DNA from: an uncultured Acidobacteriota bacterium
GTDB taxonomy: Bacteria > Acidobacteriota > Blastocatellia > Pyrinomonadales > Pyrinomonadaceae
DNA length: 64,000 nt
Assembly (NCBI GenBank): GCA_963708055.1
Contig: OY970193.1
Coordinates: forward strand, 5,135,869 to 5,199,868
Reading direction: 5' to 3'
The notes beneath the pieces are model-generated. The model was not told the DNA's origin. It searched no databases and saw only the letters and a list, made by a program, of their open reading frames with translations. Of this stretch, positions 1-5,802 are shown one piece after another. Within the stretch, counting starts at the first letter, position 1; each line of letters opens with the position of its first letter. The translations under genes were made by a program, and so were the position numbers.

Positions 1-2
1 CT

Positions 3-152
3 GTGGCGTTATTACTTGGGACCGGTTTTTGGGTGCTGCTCACTTCGCTCCCGTATGTGTGGCCCTTTATGGCAACCTTTATACTGATTATCAGCTTCGG
101 ATTGGCTTTAACGGCTCGTTACCGGGTCGGCTGGGGCGTCAGTCAGGGTTAG
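3..152 (+). CDS. 3' end of a membrane-protein gene entering from upstream (partial)
   Basis: Frame 3 is open from the window edge to TAG 150-152. It translates to a strongly hydrophobic TM-like tail (VALLLGTGFWVLLTSLPYVWPFMATFILIISFGLALTARYRVGWGVSQG). The competing frame-2 ORF 29-232 looks less protein-like. Confidence 0.35.
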   Translation: MALLLGTGFWVLLTSLPYVWPFMATFILIISFGLALTARYRVGWGVSQG

Positions 153-305
153 CGAAGGCCCCGGCAGGCAAAAATCTCAAAAAGTTATTAGAAAGTTTTC
201 AAAGGATTCGGAGTTCCCCTTTGAGATTTTGACCGAGAATCGGGATTTGGCGGTCATAAATTTGAGTTTTGTGGTGTTCACTTAGCAGACAGAAAGGGAC
301 GAGGA

Positions 306-1550
306 ATGCGTAAGTTCGTTTTCGCGGCGGCGGTAGGATTAATCACAGTGTTGGCTTCAAACCCGGCGGCATTTGCCCAGCCCGCCCAGGATCCTAATAT
401 CGCTGCCAAACACGCAATTGGCGAGGTTAAAACCATCGATGCCACGGCAAAGCAGTTGACCATCAAGACCGATGCCGGGTCAGTAGTCACCGTTTCGGTT
501 AACGATAAGACGGCTTACAAGAAGTTGGCGCCCGGTGAGCAGAGTTTGACGAACGCCACTGACGTTACTTTGACGGACCTTGCCGAAGGCGATCGCGTGA
601 TGGCCCGCGGGACCGTTTCCGAGGATCGAAAGTCAGTGCCGGCCACGATGGTGATCGTCATGACTAAAGGCGATCTGGCCAAGAAGCAGGAAGCAGAGCG
701 ACTCGAGTGGCGCCGCCGGGGCATTCTTGGAGTGATCACTGCGCTGAAACCGGATACTAAAGAGATCACAATCTCGAATCGCACTATGGCCGGAACACAG
801 TCAGTAGTGATTCCGGTTTCGGATAAGACTGAGATGCGGCGTTATGCTCCTGACTCGATCAAGTTTGGAGATGCGAAGCCCAGCGAATTTGGCGAGTTGA
901 AGGTGGGCGACCAGTTACGCGCACTCGGCGACCGTACCGACGACCCGCTTCGATTTAATCCCCAAAAGGTTGTGACCGGCAGTTTCCGCACCGTTGGCGG
1001 CGTTGTTACCGGAGTTGATCCGGCGACTGGCGAGGTCAAGATCAACGAATTAGAGAAGAAAACACCGCTCGTCATCGTGATCAAGCAGGATGCGGTACTG
1101 CGACGATTTCCTGCTGACATCGGCGCAATGATGGGTGGCTTTGGACGCGGACCGGGCGCTGGTGGTCCAGGTGGTGCGGCTCCGGCAGGTGGTGGAGCTC
1201 CAGCCGCGGGTGGTGCACCGCAGGGGGGGCAGGGACGACCGCAGGGAGCCGGTGGACCGGCTGGTGGACCGGGAGGTCCCGGCGGACCAAGGCCGGGCGG
1301 CGGCTTCAACATCAACGACATGCTCGAAAGATTGCCAACAATTTCGATCGCAGATGTTAAGGTCGGCGACACTATCATCGTTTCCAGTACGCAAGGTGTT
1401 GATCCGGGGCGTTTGACAGCCATATCGCTGGTTGCCGGAGCCGACACCCTGCTCGCGATGCTGGCGCCACGTCCGCAGGCCGGTCAGGCGCCTAACCCGT
1501 CAGCGGGTTTGGGCGGCGGCGGCATTTCATTCGGAATCGGCCTGCCGTAA
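306..1550 (+). CDS. secreted hypothetical protein with repeated beta-rich modules and a Gly/Pro-rich linker
   Basis: Signal peptide MRKFVFAAAVGLITVLASNPAAFAQ. Recurring ...GD.V.ARG / VGDQLRALG / VGDTIIVSS modules. A roughly 60-aa G/P low-complexity block lies at nt 1128-1307. GAGGA lies 5 nt upstream of the ATG. Confidence 0.75.
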   Translation: MRKFVFAAAVGLITVLASNPAAFAQPAQDPNIAAKHAIGEVKTIDATAKQLTIKTDAGSVVTVSVNDKTAYKKLAPGEQSLTNATDVTLTDLAEGDRVMARGTVSEDRKSVPATMVIVMTKGDLAKKQEAERLEWRRRGILGVITALKPDTKEITISNRTMAGTQSVVIPVSDKTEMRRYAPDSIKFGDAKPSEFGELKVGDQLRALGDRTDDPLRFNPQKVVTGSFRTVGGVVTGVDPATGEVKINELEKKTPLVIVIKQDAVLRRFPADIGAMMGGFGRGPGAGGPGGAAPAGGGAPAAGGAPQGGQGRPQGAGGPAGGPGGPGGPRPGGGFNINDMLERLPTISIADVKVGDTIIVSSTQGVDPGRLTAISLVAGADTLLAMLAPRPQAGQAPNPSAGLGGGGISFGIGLP

Positions 1551-1585
1551 CCGTTGAATCATTGGCCGTAACCGTTGAATCATTG
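1544..1585. repeat. perfect 21-bp tandem duplication (gccgtaaccgttgaatcattg x2) spanning the stop codon of the 306-1550 gene
   Basis: Direct reading gives copy 1 at 1544-1564 and copy 2 at 1565-1585. Copy 2 merges into the left end of the REPIN-like element. Confidence 0.95.
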
Positions 1586-1738
1586 TAGGGGCGGCCCTCC
1601 GTGGCCGCCCTAGCGTTCGAATTTCTTTGACTCACATCACGAGAGTCACGGAAGAGCGCCTCTATCGGATCGCTCCAGGGGAGACGATTTTGAGTTCCTG
1701 ACTAGGGCGGCCACGGAGGGCCGCCCCTACAATGATTC
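1577..1738. mobile_element. REPIN-like element, family A copy 1 (two inverted REP-like units)
   Basis: Left end is gaatcattGTAGgggcggccctccgtggccgccctag (1577-1613). Right end is its exact reverse complement (1702-1738). Each end is itself a palindrome (ggcggcc/ggccgcc) preceded by GTAG. The 88-bp spacer is homologous to copy 2. Confidence 0.85.
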
Positions 1739-1935
1739 CCAGTGTGGACGCCAGAAGTGCCGGAGAAATCCGGAAACTTCTAAAACGCCTAAAGCGTTAA
1801 AACCCTGTTCGCGAAGAACTCCTTCAGAGTTCAAACGTAATCCTGCTCAGTTGCTCCCCGGAGTTCGCCATCTCCGGAATCCATGTAGAACAAACGCCTT
1901 CGGCGTGTTACCCAGTCCTTTTGAGGTCCCAAATA

Positions 1936-4900
1936 ATGAATTTCTTTAGAAATTTCCCCCGCCAGACTGCCAATATTTGTCTGATTATTTTAATGGCCGC
2001 TGCGCTTGTCGCCGCTCAACAAGCGCGTGGCACGTTGCGAGGTCTGATCACCGATGAACTGGGCGCCGCCATCGTCGGCGCTAACGTAACTCTGACCGAC
2101 ACCTCCGGCGTCCAAAAAAAGACCACGACCAACGGTGAAGGCGTTTACAATTTTGCCGGACTGGCTCCCGGCAAATACACGTTGCAGGCGATTGCACCAG
2201 GCTTCGCGCCATCAGACACTAAAGAAGTTGATATGGCTGCGACGCGCCAGAGCGTAGATCTCACTCTGCGCGTGACGATCGAAGAGAAAGTCACCGTTTC
2301 CGAAACTCCAGTCAGCATCGACTCCAATAACAACGCCAATCAAACCGTGATCTCAGGAAAAGATCTCGACGCTTTGCCTGACGATCCGGACGAACTGGCA
2401 GCAGCGCTCCAGGCTTTGGCTGGACCATCAGTGGGACCAAACGGCGGCCAGATCTTTATCGACGGTTTCACCGGCGGCAACTTGCCCTCAAAAGACTCGA
2501 TTCGCGAGATTCGCATCAATCAAAACCCCTTCGCCGCTGAGAACGATCAACCATCCGCGCGCATCGACATTCTCACGCGTCCCGGCACTGACAAGTTTCG
2601 CGGCGGCGCGTCGTTGAATTTCAACGACGAAAGCCTCAACTCGCGTAATCCATTTGCCACCACTTCCAGCAAGCGGACGCCATTTCAGATTCGCCAGTAC
2701 GACATGAATCTGAGTGGTCCACTGGTAGCCAAGAAGGCGTCGTTCTTCGTCAATTTCGGTCGCATTGAAACTGACGATAACGAACTCGTTCGTGCCACCT
2801 TGCTTGACGAAGATCTTAATCCCGTCGAGTTTGGTCAAACGTTTGTTAATCCGAAGCGCAACTTGTTCTTTAGTCCACGTTTCGACTACGCGATTAACGC
2901 CAACAACACGCTCATTGTCCGTTACAACTACAATCGCTCCCTTACCGAGAATCAGGGTCTCGGCGGCTTTAATCTTCCCGAGCGAGCTTACAATTCTTTA
3001 TCCGTTAACCAGAATGTCCAGTTGACTGAAACGGCGATCCTGAATCCCACCACGATCAACGAAACGCGTTTTCAGTTTTCGCACAACAGATCCGAGCAAG
3101 AGGGAAGCAACGCGACGCCGGCATTGGACGTGAGTGGTGCATTTGGATCCGGCGGTTCACAGGTGGGCCATTCAACGAGCGAACGAAGCAGCTGGGAGCT
3201 GAACAATTTCACTGCGCAACAGCGAGGTACACACGCGATCAAGTTTGGCGGACGCGTCCGTCACATTGGGGTTGACGATATCAACGAAGGAAATTTCGGC
3301 GGCTACTGGACCTTTACCGGTGGTTACGGTTTGTCCAGTATTGAACGTTACCAACTGACGTTGAGACTTCAGGAGCAGGGAAAGACGCCGGAGGAGATTC
3401 GCGCGGCTGGTGGTGGCGCCACTGCATTCAGACTTCACACCGGAAATCCTTTTGCCGATGTCAGTCAAACCGATTACGGCGTGTTTATCCAGGACGACTG
3501 GCGCATTCGGCCGAACCTGACTTTCAGTTATGGTCTCCGTTACGAGACGCAAACTAACGCGCACAGCAAATACGACTTCGCACCGCGATTGGCGATTGCA
3601 TGGTCACCGGGAGCAGCAAACAGCGCCCGCCCGCCAAAGATGGTGATTCGCGTGGGCACTGGCTTCTTTTACAACCGCTTTAATGAAAATCAAACACTTC
3701 AGGCGAATCGCTACAACGGCGTTACTTTGATTCAAACCCTCGTTAGCGAACCGACCAAGGGACTGCTTCCGCCGAGCGTAAACGAACAGCTGTTTTCCGG
3801 CGACGCTTCCGTTTACGCGGTGCTGAACCAGTGGAGCCCCACGGCCGTTCCCTCGGTAGCCAATCTTTCTGCGACACAGGAATCAATTTGGCAGGTTGAC
3901 CCCAACCTTCAGATTCCCACTGTGTTTGTGATTGGCACGCAAGTGGAGCGACAGTTGCCGCGCAACATGACGATGGTTTTTGGTTTCTACAACATTCGCA
4001 TCGTTCACGTGATCCGCGCGCGCGACGTCAACGCGCCGTTGCCGGGCACGATCACTAACGCCACGCCAAACGGGATTCGTCCGGATCCGACCAGGGGTGA
4101 GATTAATCGCTACGAAGCCAGCGGCCAGTTTAATCAACGGCAGTTCTTTGTTGGTTTCAACAGCCGGTTCAGTCGTACTTTTCAGCTCAACGGCAACTAC
4201 TCTTTCAGCAAGTCGACTAACGATACGGATGGACAAGGCGGCCAGGTGTTCCCGATGAATTCGTATGATCTGACAGGCGAGTTTGGGCGCAGCTCTTTCG
4301 ACATTCGTCACCGGTTTACAGTTTTTGGAACCATCAATCTGCCGTGGTGGAAAGTGGTGCTGAATCCATTTGTGGTAGCGAACACTGGCCCAGGATTCAA
4401 CATCACCACCGGAGAGGACCGGAACCTCGACCGTCAATACAATGAACGCCCCAGCTTCGCAGCTGCGAATGCCAACTGTGACGCTCCAAACATCAGGTGC
4501 ACACGTTTTGGCAACTTCAATCTGACGCCCTTACCAGGCGAAAAGATCGTCCCCCGCAATTACGGTCAGGCGCCGGGATCATTTGTGGTTAACCTCCGTA
4601 TCAGCCGCACCTTTGCGTTTATCGACAAAGGCAGAGGTGGTGCAGCAGCCGCGGCGCCGGCAGGCCCCGGACCAGGTGGTCCGGGTGGCCCAGTAGCGGT
4701 TGCCGGAGGTGGTGGTCCGAGAATGGTGGCGGTTGGACCAGGTGGACCAGGCCCGCAAGGTGCTCCGCAGAGTGAGAAGCGATTCAATCTCAACGTCTCG
4801 ATCAACTTCCAAAACCTGCTTAACCACGTGAATCTTTCCGCGCCGGTGGGTAACCTGTCGTCGCCGAGTTTCGGTGAGTCGTTGGCATTGGGAGGAGCGT

Positions 4901-4980
4901 TCGGTGGGTTTGGTGGGGGTGGCGGCAACTCCGGCGCCGGTAACCGCAGGATCTACGCTCAACTACGCTTAAACTTCTGA
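1936..4980 (+). CDS. CarboxypepD_reg-domain TonB-dependent-receptor-like outer membrane protein
   Basis: Signal peptide, then GTLRGLITDELGAAIVGANVTLTD...GEGVYNFAGLAPGKYTLQA (carboxypeptidase regulatory-like fold). A plug-like segment follows, then a long beta-rich region ending in ...YAQLRLNF with a terminal aromatic. The track ORF starts at TTG 1921; ATG 1936 is preferred. Confidence 0.8.
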   Translation: MNFFRNFPRQTANICLIILMAAALVAAQQARGTLRGLITDELGAAIVGANVTLTDTSGVQKKTTTNGEGVYNFAGLAPGKYTLQAIAPGFAPSDTKEVDMAATRQSVDLTLRVTIEEKVTVSETPVSIDSNNNANQTVISGKDLDALPDDPDELAAALQALAGPSVGPNGGQIFIDGFTGGNLPSKDSIREIRINQNPFAAENDQPSARIDILTRPGTDKFRGGASLNFNDESLNSRNPFATTSSKRTPFQIRQYDMNLSGPLVAKKASFFVNFGRIETDDNELVRATLLDEDLNPVEFGQTFVNPKRNLFFSPRFDYAINANNTLIVRYNYNRSLTENQGLGGFNLPERAYNSLSVNQNVQLTETAILNPTTINETRFQFSHNRSEQEGSNATPALDVSGAFGSGGSQVGHSTSERSSWELNNFTAQQRGTHAIKFGGRVRHIGVDDINEGNFGGYWTFTGGYGLSSIERYQLTLRLQEQGKTPEEIRAAGGGATAFRLHTGNPFADVSQTDYGVFIQDDWRIRPNLTFSYGLRYETQTNAHSKYDFAPRLAIAWSPGAANSARPPKMVIRVGTGFFYNRFNENQTLQANRYNGVTLIQTLVSEPTKGLLPPSVNEQLFSGDASVYAVLNQWSPTAVPSVANLSATQESIWQVDPNLQIPTVFVIGTQVERQLPRNMTMVFGFYNIRIVHVIRARDVNAPLPGTITNATPNGIRPDPTRGEINRYEASGQFNQRQFFVGFNSRFSRTFQLNGNYSFSKSTNDTDGQGGQVFPMNSYDLTGEFGRSSFDIRHRFTVFGTINLPWWKVVLNPFVVANTGPGFNITTGEDRNLDRQYNERPSFAAANANCDAPNIRCTRFGNFNLTPLPGEKIVPRNYGQAPGSFVVNLRISRTFAFIDKGRGGAAAAAPAGPGPGGPGGPVAVAGGGGPRMVAVGPGGPGPQGAPQSEKRFNLNVSINFQNLLNHVNLSAPVGNLSSPSFGESLALGGAFGGFGGGGGNSGAGNRRIYAQLRLNF

Positions 4981-4991
4981 GCGAAAGGTTA

Positions 4992-5750
4992 ATGATGAAA
5001 AGATTTTATTTTTCAGTCGCATTGCTAATCTGTCTGACCGGATTTGAGGTTTCGGCGCAGGAACACGGGAATCCGAAGAACGGTTCGTCCGGCAATGCGA
5101 CTGGTCCAGCGGCGGTGACGATCACTGCCGAAAGTACTCCGATTGATCTGGCCCGCGCGGCTTTCACGGCACAGGGCGGCGAGAAGTTTCGCCAGGTGCA
5201 GAACATGATGCTGCGCGGTTCAGTTTCACTTTATCCGCCCAACAGCCCGCAATCGATACCAGGTTCGTTTTCGATCGTCACGGCAAACGACAGATTACGG
5301 ATGGAAATCGATGCGCGACCGATTATTGTCTTCAAGCAGATTTACGATGGGCAGCAATCGTATAGCTCGATGCCTGGAGTTGAAGTGCCGCCGTTGTCGA
5401 AGTTTGGACTTTCGGCGCTCAGCAAGTTTGACCAGCCCGGTTATAAAGTGTCAACGATTCCGAACAAGAAGAAGCTGCGTGGCTTTCGCATCACCGATCA
5501 AGACGGCTACGCCACTGACTTTTATATCGATGCAACTAACGGTCGGGTGATGGAGTTTTTTCTGACTTACAACGGCTTTACTTTTGGGACTGCCAACAGC
5601 AAGTTCAAAGATGTCGATGGAGTTTTGATCCCCTTCAGCTTCTCGCAACGCTTCGAAATGCCTCAAGGACCATTCTTCGCGGAATACAACGTCAAGGAAG
5701 TAAAACTTAACCAAACCCTCGGCGAAGACGCTTTCGCGATCCCGCGCTAA
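4992..5750 (+). CDS. secreted hypothetical protein (LolA-like size and beta pattern)
   Basis: Signal peptide MMKRFYFSVALLICLTGFEVSAQ. It lies 11 nt after the preceding OMP gene. No recognisable catalytic motif. Confidence 0.65.
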   Translation: MMKRFYFSVALLICLTGFEVSAQEHGNPKNGSSGNATGPAAVTITAESTPIDLARAAFTAQGGEKFRQVQNMMLRGSVSLYPPNSPQSIPGSFSIVTANDRLRMEIDARPIIVFKQIYDGQQSYSSMPGVEVPPLSKFGLSALSKFDQPGYKVSTIPNKKKLRGFRITDQDGYATDFYIDATNGRVMEFFLTYNGFTFGTANSKFKDVDGVLIPFSFSQRFEMPQGPFFAEYNVKEVKLNQTLGEDAFAIPR

Positions 5751-5756
5751 AACTAG

Positions 5757-5800
5757 CCACGGATGAACACGGATTGTTTACTGATCAGTGTTCATTCGTG
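5757..5800. repeat. family C hairpin (CACGGAT-type words) between convergent genes
   Basis: Arm cacggatgaacac (5759-) pairs with gtgttcattcgtg (-5800) at 12 of 13 positions. It fills the 52-nt gap between the stops at 5750 and 5803. Confidence 0.8.
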
Positions 5801-5802
5801 AC

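Noticed and set aside
29-232. A 67-aa frame-2 ORF at the left edge of the window.
   Set aside because: There is no RBS and the composition is not protein-like. The frame-3 hydrophobic tail ending at 152 is the more plausible coding reading of this region. Downstream of 152 the sequence is probably the 5' region of the 306 gene. It contains an 11-bp inverted repeat, aaaatctcaaa (171-181) with tttgagatttt (220-230), of unclear meaning.
842-1447. A 201-aa minus-strand ORF, plus several other ORFs at 1050-1416, antisense to the Gly/Pro-rich region of the 306-1550 gene.
   Set aside because: It translates to pure P/G/A low complexity. It is a mirror artefact of the GGN/CCN-rich sense strand and has no start context.
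4992-5750. The 252-aa neighbour of the TIR-S8 gene as a possible gasdermin-like substrate or effector, since its size is similar to bacterial gasdermins.
   Set aside because: It has a clear N-terminal signal peptide. It is convergent with the S8 gene and belongs to the upstream operon of secreted proteins. Bacterial gasdermins are cytoplasmic and are encoded in the same operon as their protease.
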